64,000 bases of DNA. Source: Dendrobates tinctorius. Its lineage: Eukaryota. Below, piece after piece: positions 39,101 to 52,209 of the stretch (its first letter is position 1; the number at the start of each line of letters is the position of its first letter). The translations under genes were made by a program, and so were the position numbers. The notes below the pieces were generated by a model, which saw nothing but the letters and a program-made list of their open reading frames with translations, was not told the origin of the DNA and did not search any database. The stretch is taken from contig NW_027361795.1 in NCBI RefSeq assembly GCF_039654945.1, forward strand, positions 19,096,001 through 19,160,000. The letters are read 5' to 3'.

Positions 39101-40197
39101 TGCCGGATCTGCTTGTGAAAGTATGCCAGCATGCGTACCCATTTTAGAAAGTCAGCTGCAGCTTCATTCACCCTTTCATTCACACCAACTGGTGTGTGAT
39201 GTGCCCAAGCTTTGGAACTCTACAGTGCACATGTTGTGAGCAGAAGAGGGCAGTTGTTGACTCATCAATGCCGTCGGTATTCAGTTCAGACTTTACAAAT
39301 AAGATCTCAGGAGTGGACATGGATGTCAGACATATGTAACATCCTCCAAAACTTTGAGGAATCCACCAAGATGGTGAGAGTCTATGACGCCATAATTAGC
39401 GTCACCATCCCTCTTCTTTGTGTTCTAATAATACTAGTAATCATTATTTATTTAGCGCAAATAATACAATAATTAAATCAAAAGATAATGACCCTGCTCA
39501 TGAGAGCTTGGAATCTACAATGAGGTGGGGGAGATACAAAGTACAGGGGTGTATTTACAATGATGTATTTACAATGATAGTGCAGAGGTTAGTCAAAAGT
39601 CGGGGATGGCATGAGGACAAGGAGGAGGAGGAGATCATGGTCAGTTGTCCTCTTGGTGAGGGCATGGAAGTCTTGCCTGTTAGCAGTCTGGCATGCATTG
39701 GTTGAGTTTATGTTACACTGCCTTTCCCGTGACCCTCGCATTCTAGAAATTTTGGCTGACAGCCAGGCAATACTGATTGGTGACACTTTTAGACACACGC
39801 TAATAGGCGAACTTGATATCTCTTATTCCAGGGGCAGACTGGTGTACAAAAATATTGCAGTAACAGAGGGCCCTTCTTGCAGAATTATTTAAAAAATTCT
39901 CATCTCAAAATGCTTGCAGCAGAGGTCATAGTTTATTGGACAACCAAAGAGTACAGGTGAGAGAGACAAAACTCCAATCCAGCATAGGCAGTGTAAGACT
40001 GTCAAAGTTATGGGAGAGTTTTCTCAGACCCTCCCATCGCCCAGGACCTGAGGCACGGGGTACTCTTATAAGGAGTGCAAAGTTTTGGAATATGCTGAGG
40101 AAATATCTTGCTAATTGTACCAATGTCCTTCGACATTACTCTGTGCCTTATAATTATTGGGTATCCACGCTGGAAATGTAGCATGAATTGGCTCTCT
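36175..40197 (+). pseudogene. Decayed hAT transposase of the large element, interrupted by L2 and truncated in the C-terminal dimerisation domain
   Basis: G/R-rich start; QKVVGWIMDN; BED remnant; LALEMLPFSLV; GKVHLITDTWTSACGKGWYISLMAHWVN; CDNSQNLVAAL; HIPCLAHVLNLIVQRFL; KLWESFLRP..PYNYWVSTLE. Confidence 0.9.
36793..37964 (-). mobile_element. 5'-truncated L2-clade LINE
   Basis: [40 protein letters not shown]; L2-type 3' tail with (AAT)n at 36793. Confidence 0.88.
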
Positions 40198-40779
40198 GTA
40201 CTGTGCACGTGCGCTGTGCTCACGGTCACGGAGCACACAGCACCTCGCTCTCTGGCGGTCACTGGGCACACAGCACCTCACTCTGGCAGTACCGCTTGCA
40301 GCGGCGGGAGCTGATGGGAACAGTCCTTCGCGGCGCCAGTGCTCTAAGGACGGAACACGCTGCTCAGCGTTCTACGCTCTTCTTGCCCCTGCAAAAAAAC
40401 TCTGCTGTCATGCCCATTTTCTCTTAGGCTTGCCCCCCTGCTTCTAGGTCACTGGGTCTGTCTGGTGCAGTCCATCGCAGTGTCGGCACTTCGGGTGCGT
40501 AATGCGCTGACAGCGGGGGACTCACTCCTGCATTGCGCTTTTTTTTCCATCAGCTTCCAGCCAGGTTCCCTGTCTAAAGATACCCCCTCTTCCTGAGTAA
40601 GAAGACCTGTCCGTTCCCCTATTCCTTCCCCCAGTAAACAGGGGATGCAGCCTTGACAGTTCCGGACCTGGCGCAGCACAGGTAACGGAGCCCGGTCTTC
40701 CTGAGTCTGTACATATTTGGCCAATCAGTTCTTTAATGCAAGCACCATAGAAGGCATGTTCTAATATTCGCAAGCAAAT

Positions 40780-41798
40780 TGTACACAAAGGAGGACAGTT
40801 TGCAACTACAGACAGATTTGAGTAAATTGGAGAATTGGTAGAAAAATGACAAATGAGGTTTAACACAGATAAGTGTAAGGTTACGTACATGGGAAGGAGA
40901 AATAGATGCTACAATTACTTACTAAATGGGAAACTGCTGGGGAAATCAGACATGGAAAAAGACTTAGGCATCTTAGTCAATAAGAAGCTAAATTGGAGTG
41001 CCCAGTGTCAGGCAGCTGCCACCAAAGCAAATAGGGTCATGGGATGCATTAGTAGAGGTCTGGGGACACGAGATGAAAACATAATTCTCCCTCTGTACAA
41101 ATCACTCGTCAGACCACACTTGGAGTATTGTGTGCAATTTTGGACACCGGTGCTCAAGAAAGACATTACTGAACTTGAAAGGGTTCAAAGGCGGGCTACT
41201 AAAATGATAAATGGAGTTGGTTCACTACAATACCCAGAAAGGGTATCAAAATTAGGTCTATTTACTCTAGAAAAGAGAAGACTTAGGGGAGACTTAATAT
41301 ATATGTACAAGTATATCAGAGGGCAATACAGAGATCTCTCCAATGAACTGTTTGTACCAAGGACTGTGACAAGAACAAGGGGGCATTCTCTTCGCTTGGA
41401 GGAAAGACAATTTCTGCACCAGCATAGAAGAGGGTTCTTCACGATAAGAGCAGTGAGGCTCTGGAATTCTCTTCCTGAGGAAGTGGTGATGGCCAACTCA
41501 CTGAATGAATTTAAGAAAGGAATGGATGCTTTTTTTGTGAATAACAGTATAGAAGGTTACGAATAACAGAATATTCTAGGTAGATGGTTGACCCAGCTTA
41601 GGGGAAGGAATTTTTTTCCCTATGGAGAAAATTGGCTTCTACTCTGTGGGTTTTTTGCCTTCCCCAGGATCAACAATGCACTAAATTGCACTAAATTGCA
41701 CTAAATGCACAGCTGCACTAAAAATAGGCTGAACTAGATGGACATAAGGTCTTCCTTCAGCCTTCAAAACTATGTTACTACGTATGTTACTATGTTAC
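40780..41798 (+). mobile_element. 5'-truncated CR1 LINE, second family
   Basis: ORF 40853-41566 [38 protein letters not shown]; 3' tail (TATGTTAC)n at 41771-41798. Confidence 0.93.
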
Positions 41799-43530
41799 GA
41801 GCAGTTTCACTTTGAAGGACTTTGTGGCTCACATCAATCCACAAGTTGATATTAGTCTCATACTTCAAAATTACGGTGGTAAATCCGTGCCACATAGCTT
41901 GTGTATGTTCTGACTTCTGTAACATCATTTGGGTGATGATTATTCATACCTATTTGCTTCATAAATAATATATTCATCATCTTCTTCAATGCTTCGGAAT
42001 ATAATGTTGTAAAAGTGAAAGCAAGTTGGCGAAGTGTGTGGCAACAATGTAATACCACGGCCACCGGGGGATAGCTGTTCCATCTCCAATATGCTGTTCA
42101 GTTGAGACTCAAATAACTGCAGACAGAGGCTGGAAGCAACTTAAACAGTTCAACTTTATTCTCTTCAGGGCACAGCACGTCCACAACGGATTCAGGACTC
42201 TTTACACGGTACCAGCAATACATCTTCATCTACAGCAGCACTCTACTTCCTCTTTTGTTACACACGGTTTGAACACACAAACAAGTGAGCACGCCACACG
42301 GAACACGGTGAGCACGGCACTTGGACCACTCTTCCTGCGACCGACTTCAGCCCACGAAGGTACCTGTCTACTCCTTTATAGCTCACCCCTTTAAGGCACT
42401 GTTGCTCCTGCACATCTCTTAGGCTTGTGGCTCACTAGACTCTTAACACAGCTCCTGCATTCCAGCTGTCACTTCCACAGGGGGCTCACCCACTGACCTC
42501 CCTGGCTTGAGCAATTCCAGACATGGGCTGGTTTCCACAGACTGACTTGGCTGTCACTTCAGCTCTCCGCTATTAGCTAACTTGACTTCAGAAGCTCTTC
42601 CCTTGGCCTCCCTAGTTCTTCAGCTCCCTGTTTCCAGGTGAAGGAACCCCAGTGATCCTGCTCACTGGCTGCTGCTGTAGGCACAACACTGCACTTCACT
42701 GCTCCGAATAGCTGAGAGACTCTACTACATTTCATGTCTCAATCAGCCACGCTTAACAGGACTTCTGCCTCCTCTCCAGTACTTGAGGCTACCCCCGGCT
42801 ACTCTGAACTAGAGCAGGAAATCTATCTAATTTTTGCTCCCGGCTAGTTATGCTTAGTGCCCCCATCTAGTGTCCATTTTCTAATACTACACTTATCTCT
42901 GAATATCTACCTAACTAATGCAATGTGGCCACAAATACACACATACACATGAAATACATACTGCACACAGGTCTTCACTATTTCTACATTGCGTGTGCGG
43001 CTAACCACCTCATTGATCTTATTTAGTTTCTTTGGCAAGAAAAGAACAGCTCCATCTAAACCACGCACTTTTCCTATTAATTCATCATGCTGGTAAAGTA
43101 GAGGTGAGATTAGGGATCTAGATAAAATCTGTGGACTGTAGTCAATATGGCACTGTGACAAGACCCACTGGGGTCTAGCTATCAATTTGACATGGTTTGT
43201 GCACAGCTGAATAGAGTTGCAAGCAAAACCAGATTTTGATTCAATAACATGTTGGATGGATTGTCTAGTGGAAACACCCATATCATAGAAGTCACATCTT
43301 CGACCACCACACTCTCCAATTGACACATCTTGAAATCCAGCTGAAATGTCAAAATCTCTAACTTCTGTTGTAGAAACTGCAGGGGCTCCTTTTTGACGTT
43401 TTTGTCCAACAAATTCAGTATTAGTAGGTGATGGATTGTCATAATCCGGCCCAGAAACAACAGGCTACGGTAGTTTTGAGTCCTGGCCCCATGCTCTTCC
43501 ATGTGCTCTTGCTCTGGATCTTACAGTCAT
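41799..43530 (-). pseudogene. piwil1: Intronless PIWIL1-like copy: RA/RG N-terminus, N domain and L1 up to the start of PAZ; split by an LTR-like insertion, 3' part lost
   Basis: ATG 43530 MTVRSRARAHGRAWGQD (cf. MTGRARARARGRARGQE); GGRRCDFYDMGVSTRQSIQHVIESKSG..TNHVKLIARPQWVLSQCHIDYSP..LLYQHDELIG..DGAVLFLPKKL..SRTRN; resumes ~42046 [52 protein letters not shown]. Confidence 0.93.
42048..42968 (-). mobile_element. LTR-like insertion within the piwi copy
   Basis: Begins TGTAATACC exactly where PIWI homology breaks; AATAAA (~42154) and TATAAA (~42374) on the minus strand; no TSD found and a few PIWI codons are missing at the junction. Confidence 0.55.
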
Positions 43531-43729
43531 AATTTAATCTAGAAGATTTCACCTTCATTATCCAAAGCCAGAGTACAACACTGCCCAAGCGTTCACCCTC
43601 TGCTTCTCAGACTTTCTATCTGCACAGTAACTTCCTCTAGGCAGAAGATGATGATGGTAGTAGTATTTGGTGCATTTAACACACAGTCATGAAGCAGCCT
43701 TAACAATTTGAAACAGAAGTATTTTTACA

Positions 43730-44830
43730 AAGATACTAAACTGTTCAATATGTGGCCTGTATTTTTGTTTTTGACAGCAAAATAGTGTTTAGAACTAGGG
43801 TAAGACACAGCAAAAACAGTTGAATGGAGCCCTAAAATGCCACATTTTGTATACCATAGATACATGAGGTGTGTCACAGAGATACCACACTGTAGAATAT
43901 GTGGCCAGTATTTATATTTTTGACAGAAAAATAGGGTATAGAAATAGGGTAACACACAGCAAACAAAAAGGTCATGGAGGCCTGAAATGCCACAATTTGT
44001 AGGCCACAGATAGATCTGGCATTTGACGGAGATACCAGACTGTTCAATATGTAGCCTGTATTTTTAAATGTTGTACCCCAAAATAGTGTATAGAAATAGA
44101 GTCACAGACAGCAAATACAGTGGAATGTAGCCCTCAAATGCCACAATTTGTAGGTCACAGATAGATCTGGCATTTGACGGAGATAACAGACTGTTCAATA
44201 TGTGGCATGTATTTTTAAATTTTGTACCCCAAAATAGTGTATAGAAATAGGGTAACAGACAGCAAATACAGTGGAATGTAGCCCTGAAATGCCACAATTT
44301 GTAGGCCACAGATAGATCTGGTGTTTGACAGAGATAGCACACTGTTAAATATGTGGTTTAAATTTTGTACCCCAAAATAGTGTATAGAAATAGGGTCACA
44401 GACAGCAAATACAGTGGAATGTAGCCCTGAAATGCCACAATTTGCAGGCCACAGATAGATCTGGCGTTTGACGGAGATACCAGACTGTTTAATATGCGGC
44501 CTGTATTTTTAAATTTTGTATCCCAAAATAGTGTATAGAAATAGGGTCACAGACAGCAAATACAGTGGAATGTAGCCCTGAAATGCCACAATTTGCATGC
44601 CACAGATAGATATGGCGTTTGACGGAGATACCAGACTGTTTAATATGCGGCCTGTATTTTTAAATTTTGTACCCCAAAATAGTGTATAGAAATAGTATCA
44701 CAGACAGCAAATACAGTGGAATGTAGCCCTGAAATGCCACAATTTGCAGGCCACAGATAGATCTGGCGTTTGACGGAGATAGCACACTATTAAATGTGTG
44801 GGCTGTATTTTTTCGCTTTTGGCCACCAAA
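43730..44830. repeat. 151-bp tandem repeat (~7 copies) upstream of the piwi copy
   Basis: AAATAGTGTATAGAAATAG at 44081, 44232, 44375, 44526 and 44677, plus diverged outer copies. Confidence 0.93.
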
Positions 44831-44941
44831 ATTGTGTCAATAAGTAGGTTATGACACTACAAAAAAAATTCTTTGGATGACTAAAATTGTAAAATATTTA
44901 GCTCAATGATATGTGATTCGGACAAAACACAGTGTTAAATA

Positions 44942-45783
44942 CCGTATATACTTGTGTATAAGCCAAGACTTTCAGCACTTTTTTGTGCTGAAAACACCCC
45001 CCTCGACTTATACACAAGTCAGACATCAATACTCACCCTCTGTCGCTGGATCTCCATCCCTGCATCTCCATTGTCCGGCGCTGGCAGCTTCTTCCTGTGC
45101 AGAGCGGTCACGTGGTACCGCTCATTAAGGTAATGAATATGCACGCATCTTCACTCCCATAGGCGTGGAGTTCATATTCATTACCATGTGACTGCACTGC
45201 ACAGGAAGAAGCTGCTAGCCCTGGACAACGGAGAAGCAAGGAAGTGCAGAGACCGTGCCAGGAGGGAGTGAGTATGACAGGGATCCGAGCTGAGCCGAGC
45301 CATGCATATAAGGGGGAGTACGGGGGAGCCATACATACACGGGGTAATACGGGGGGAGCCATGCATACATAGTAGAGAACAAGGGAGTACGAGGGACCCA
45401 TGCATACAAGGGGGAGTACGGGGGAGCCATGCATACAAGGGGGAGTACGGGGGAGCCAGGCATACACGGGAGAGTACGGGGGAGCCATGCACACACATGG
45501 AGGGCAGGGGAGCCATGCATACAAGGGGAGTACGGGGGAGTCATGCATACAAGGGGGAGGACGGGGGAGCCATGCATGCACAGGGGAGGACACCTGCCAT
45601 GCATACAAGAGGGAGGACGGGGGAGCCATGCATACAACAGGGGGAGGCACACATAGCAGGACAGGGATGAGGGGACAATGCATACCCAGCTTATACTCGA
45701 GTCAATAAGCTTACCCAGTTCTCTGTGGCAAAATTAGGTGCCTCGGCTTATACTTGGGTCGGCTTATACTCGAGTATATACGG
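44942..45783. mobile_element. TA-flanked Tc1/pogo-type MITE with internal ~29-bp GC-rich minisatellite (45300-45650)
   Basis: TIR CCGTATATACT(T/C)G.GTATAAGCC at both ends; TA flanks; unit GGGGGAGCCATGCATACAAGGGGGAGTAC. Confidence 0.85.
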
Positions 45784-45857
45784 TATATGAACTGTAGCTA
45801 AATATTTTTTGGGCAGCTAAATATTTTTTGGCCAGCTAAATATTTGTTTACCACCTA

Positions 45858-47491
<1,634 letters not shown>

Positions 47492-48350
47492 TAAATGTTT
47501 TTTTGGCAGCTAAATATTTTTGGAGCAGCTAAATATTTTTTTGGCAGATACATTTTTTTTACAGCAAAATGGTATACAAAATCTTTATAAGATACTCCAA
47601 AAAATGTTACAGTACCACAAAAAATGCCAGAATTTTCTGCGCACTCAGATGTGATGCTTGGGACAGGCAAAGCCGTTATAATTGCTGGATTTTCACGCTA
47701 TAGTATTAAAAGGATCTGGCTGTAGTCTGCAGTGTCAACAACCAAATAGAGAAAAAAAGGGGTCTGGATTGCTTTGGAATAAAATAATCGGAATTAAGGT
47801 GCCAAAAAAAATTATTTCTAGCCACTGATACCTGGAGCTAGGTATATATGTAATAGGCAGCAGCAGCAACAGACAGTATACCCTTTTGATGTATGCAATG
47901 ATGTATGCAATGATATCTATATACCCACATACAGTGCCTGCATGCCATGCACTGATGTGTATATACGCACATACACGCCCTGCCCACCTAGCACTGCAAT
48001 CTATATACCCCGTAATTAGTCCTTAGAAGGACTGTTTATTTAGCTGGATTTGTGTATTCTATGATGGTATGTCCACACTAACTAATAAAAAGGAGGATGA
48101 ATGAACTCATGGAGATCAACATCCGACACTGCGGAGACACCATCATGTGTTTCTCAACGCAGTGATTCTTGAGCACTGCCCCCATCCCTTATGGGAAATA
48201 TGTAAAACATGCAAAACAGAAGCCGCGGAGACACCATCACGTGTTTCTCAACGCAAGCAATGACCAGCCAGGTCTTTGCCCGGGAAGGAACAACCACGGG
48301 AAGGGCAGTCTCCAATGAAGGCAACCACCTATGCCAAAACATGTTATCCA

Positions 48351-48394
48351 TCCACATACAGCTGTTTCGGGGTATTGCCCCTCATCAGTGTGGA
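48351..48394 (-). ncRNA. Type I hammerhead ribozyme, intact core
   Basis: UCCACA-CUGAUGA-GGGG caaua CCCC-GAAAC-agcu-GUA-UGUGGA: stem I, conserved core, stem II, short palindromic stem III, NUH triplet GUA. Confidence 0.85.
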
Positions 48395-48702
48395 GTAGGA
48401 AACTGGCTGGTAGGAGTAATGCCTAGTAAAAAGACTATGAAGAGGAGGATGAATGAAGTCATGGAGATCAAAATCCGACACTGCGGAGACACCATCACGT
48501 GTTTCTCAACGCAGTGATTCTAGAGCACTGCCCCCATCCCTTATGGGAAATATGTAAAACATGCAAAACAGAAGCCGCGGAGACTCCATCACGTGTTTCT
48601 CAACGCAAGCAATGACCAGCCAGGTCTTTGCCCGGGAAGGAACAACCACGGGAAGGGCAGTCTCCAATGAAGGAAACCACCTATGCCAAAACATGGCATC
48701 CA

Positions 48703-48746
48703 TCCACATACAGCTGTTTCTGGGTATTGCCCCTCATCAGTGTGGA
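48703..48746 (-). ncRNA. Hammerhead ribozyme copy 2, with a C>A change at the base of stem II
   Basis: Same motif but CCCA-GAAAC. Confidence 0.72.
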
Positions 48747-48865
48747 GTAGGAAACTGGCTGGTAGGAGCAATGCCTAGTAAAAAGACTATGAAGAGGAGG
48801 ATGAATGAACTCATGGAGATCATAGTCTTTTTACTAGGCATTGCTCCTACCAGCCAGTTTCCTAC

Positions 48866-48909
48866 TCCACACTGATGAGGGGCAATACCCAGAAACAGCT
48901 GTATGTGGA
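48866..48909 (+). ncRNA. Hammerhead ribozyme copy 3 (inverted unit), with the same C>A change
   Basis: TCCACA CTGATGA GGGGCAATACCCA GAAAC AGCT GTA TGTGGA. Confidence 0.72.
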
Positions 48910-50179
48910 TGGATACCATGTTTTGGCATAGGTGGTTTCCTTCATTGGAGACTGCCCTTCCCGTGGTTGTTCCTTCCCGGGCAAAGACCTGGCTGGTCAT
49001 TGCTTGCGTTGAGAAACACGTGATGGTGTCTCCGCGGCTTCTGTTTTGCATGACTAACTAATAAAAGCACAAATCTGTCCCTATCTCAGCAACAGCTCTC
49101 CCTACACTGTCTATTTCCGGACGTGACTGTGACGAGCAGGGTGGAGGCAGGTCTCTAATAGACCTGATGTCGCTGTGCGGCCAGCCAATCACTGTAATAC
49201 CACATCAAAGATGGCTACAGCATTACAGTGCGTGGCAGACAATCCCTGCATGTTGCTTGGCGCGCTAAAGAATGCCAAAATTGCAGGGCAGAGACTGGAG
49301 CTCCCGCCGAATAATCCATGAAATGCTCGGTGCTCACCGAGTACTGCCAGTATAGCGATACTCAGGCAAGTACCGAGTAGTGGCGAGCATGTTCGCTCAT
49401 CACTAAGTACCACGTAATAAAATGCCACCTAATAATAGTACCACTTAATAATACCACCTAATAATAATACCCCCAATAATATACCACCTAATAATAATAC
49501 CACCTAATTAAATGCCATTTAATGATAATATCACCTAAAAATAGTACCACCTAATAAAATGCCACCTACTAATAGCACCACCTAATAAAATGCCATCTAA
49601 AAACAGATATAATCTGATATATTTTGGCATTTATCTTTTCATTTGTATTTCAATAAAGATTAGTAATGACATAATTGAATGATTAGTCTAACCTAAGTGG
49701 CTGAGAGTGCTTTGTTCTGTGTGATGTCTGACCATCTCCCAAAGGCCCACCATGCATCTTCTCTTTCTAGATCTTTTATGTATACAATATACTATAGAAG
49801 TGCAACTTGAGCAGAATTTATGTGTCCATATTTGTAATGGATAGCCCACTGAAACAAGATAAATAACTGTCATCTGTTTTTTCTGTGAACCATCAGTATG
49901 AATGAGGCCTCGGTGTCTCATAGAAAATATCAAATAAATTAATTAGGCCCCTTTCAGATGCTTCTATGCACCCAAAACTAAAAGTTCTGACACTCCCATT
50001 CCATTTGGTTTCCACCACATTCTCCACTTCTTTGTTTATTAACCTCGCAATGAAGAAAAACACATCCCTGTTCTGGTTTTCACCACCCATTAAAATGGCG
50101 ATAAGGCCATTTCAGAATGGATGCCTCTTTTCAGATTCCAAAATAGAAGCCACAAGGGGTAAACATGCTAGATCTTAAA

Positions 50180-50331
50180 GGGGAGCACCGTAGCTCAGTG
50201 GTTAGCGCTACAGACTTTCAACACAGGAATCATGAGTCTAGATTGTGAGCCCCAATGGGAACAGTGATGATAATGTCTGTAAAGCTCTGCGGTGTTAATG
50301 GCACTATTTGAGTAGGTCAAATAAATAAAAA
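50180..50331 (+). mobile_element. tRNA-derived SINE remnant with L2-like tail
   Basis: A-box TAGCTCAGTGG; tail CTAGATTGTGAGCCCC...TGTAAAGC..GCGG; A-rich end. Confidence 0.6.
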
Positions 50332-51743
50332 GATGTCTGGTCACAGCATCCTCTGGTGAGTTATTTTATTTGCGTATCCACAGAGGAAGTATTCAGGCAA
50401 ACAAACAGTGTTTTTGAGACTAGAAAAATTAACTTTGCTGTTTTTTTACTACTTTGATACTGATTTTCTATTTTCAAATGATTTTCACAATAATTCAATT
50501 TCGTATTGTTTCCTAAAGTTAAATACCTATGTTTGTTATATTTCGGTTCTTCGAAAATCTCAAGCATTATTAGGGAATGATTTTTATCAAGCTAAGGAAA
50601 AGATTCCATAGTAATTCTTATGGAAAAAAAAACACTCATCTAATCAGACTACTCCTGTGGTTTACGTCTTTGTGGAACTTGTACCAAAAGGTTAAATAAT
50701 GTGTTTGCATCACACCACTACTTGTAATGACCATTATGTACGACAAGAGACCTGATCCATGTAAAGTACATGCGAATTAACTGATGAATACTCTACTTTG
50801 GCCTTATATAAAAATAAGCATATTAACAATCATATGCCATAGATGAGTCTCTCAACAAGGACAGTTCAAGATCAACTGTAGAGAATTTTGAAGCATGCAT
50901 ATCAAAGAGAAAAAAATGATTGACACGCATGAAATAATAAGCATAACATTCTCATATCATCCCGTTGTGGATGATGTTGCTCGTTTACATAAATTCATGA
51001 ATAAGTCTATTATTACCCTACTTTGTGGCCGGACGCATCCTATGTTTGTATCCACATGCCGAACACAGTGAAAGTCTTTGATGGCCATAAGAAGCATATT
51101 CATAAACACAGGAGTTCAAATGATTTGCAAATAATATGCAGTTAAAAACACCTCCTATATAGGGAGTAAGTAAACATTTTTAACCTTTATATATAACTGA
51201 TATATATATATAAGTTATATGCCGTTTTAACTGCAAGGAGATTGGTGGGGGTCTAGGTCTTGAAACCCCAATCAAATCCTTCACCCCTGAAACGTACGCA
51301 CCTCAAATATTGCAGAGCAGGGCACATATTCAATAGAAAGCACTGGATCCGATTCTGTTACATTATATTGAATATGGACTTTACTCTGTGTGCGCTTGCA
51401 CTGCTGTGCAACTCTTGAAGGGCAAATAGTTTAAGTGACCACTGGGGGGTCTCAGAACTTGCGCCTCCACTGACAAAACAAAAAATATATCTCATACTTA
51501 AACTTCACACACAGCTTAAAATGTAGCAAAATTACGCAAAATATGGGTGTATAATCCACATTTGAGGATCAGTCTGCATGCACCAAAAAGCCTGATTGGG
51601 TAACACTGGCAAGTAGAGAGAGCAGGAAAGGATCTAAAACTTAATTAGCTTATTATGCAAAGTTAGCTGAAATGACAGGTGCGCTTTTAGCAAATTTTTC
51701 TACATTCTATGATCTAAACCATTTGAAAATCTTGATGTACCTG

Positions 51744-52209
51744 TGTAACAGGGTCTACCAAGCTGGGGTACCTCTTTCAGTACCACCCCGTGTTTTCGGA
51801 GGTCCGCTCTGCGTTGGCTGGAGTCTGAATGAATGACACTGGCTGGAATTCCTTGGTTACATGGGCGCATATAAAAGATCACTGCTTCTCCATGCATTTC
51901 CAGTCTGACAACACTTTACTCACAGGACACAGAATATATCACACAGATACAGAGGGCCGGCCAATAGAAAAGCGGCAGGCCAAACATACATTACAAAAAC
52001 CGCAGGTGGCCGGAGCCTGCCGATGTTTACTGTGGGAATTACAAAGTTGGGGGGAGGGCGGACAAAAGGAGAATATTGTGTCCCCTCTGCCCAGGGGTGC
52101 AGCCTATGAACTGATACATTAGGGACATGCATCTCACATGGAACCTATTATACATACATATAACTGCACAACATATTCTAGGTGCTGAGTGATTCTGTAA
52201 CACGTAACA
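51744..52209. mobile_element. Solo LTR (466 bp) with 5-bp TSD ACCTG
   Basis: TGTAAC...GTAACA flanked by ACCTG at 51739-51743 and 52210-52214. Confidence 0.75.

Larger units (their letters stand above)
48091..49052. mobile_element. Penelope-like pseudo-LTR/retrozyme-type insertion: two 352-bp tandem units plus an inverted partial unit; 14-bp TSD ACTAACTAATAAAA
   Basis: Unit starts at 48091, 48443 and 48795; inverted copy 48822-49052; TSD at 48077-48090 and 49053-49066; each unit has a hammerhead motif. Confidence 0.8.

Noticed and set aside
41799-43530. The functional host piwil1 locus
   Set aside because: No introns, has frameshifts and an insertion, is truncated, and lies inside a transposon.
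43730-44830. Regular 131-bp and 151-bp arrays as CRISPR-like or RNA-gene arrays
   Set aside because: Whole units repeat without unique spacers; they are hAT-internal tandem repeats in eukaryotic DNA.
45108-45708. Six overlapping repetitive ORFs
   Set aside because: Artefact of a stop-free GC-rich minisatellite inside a MITE.
48209-49051. Three similar ~104-aa ORFs as a gene family
   Set aside because: They are copies of the 352-bp ribozyme repeat, with no recognisable protein motif.
50180-50240. tRNA gene
   Set aside because: Only an A-box-like 5' half, with no T-arm or acceptor pairing; it continues into a LINE-like tail, so it is a SINE remnant.
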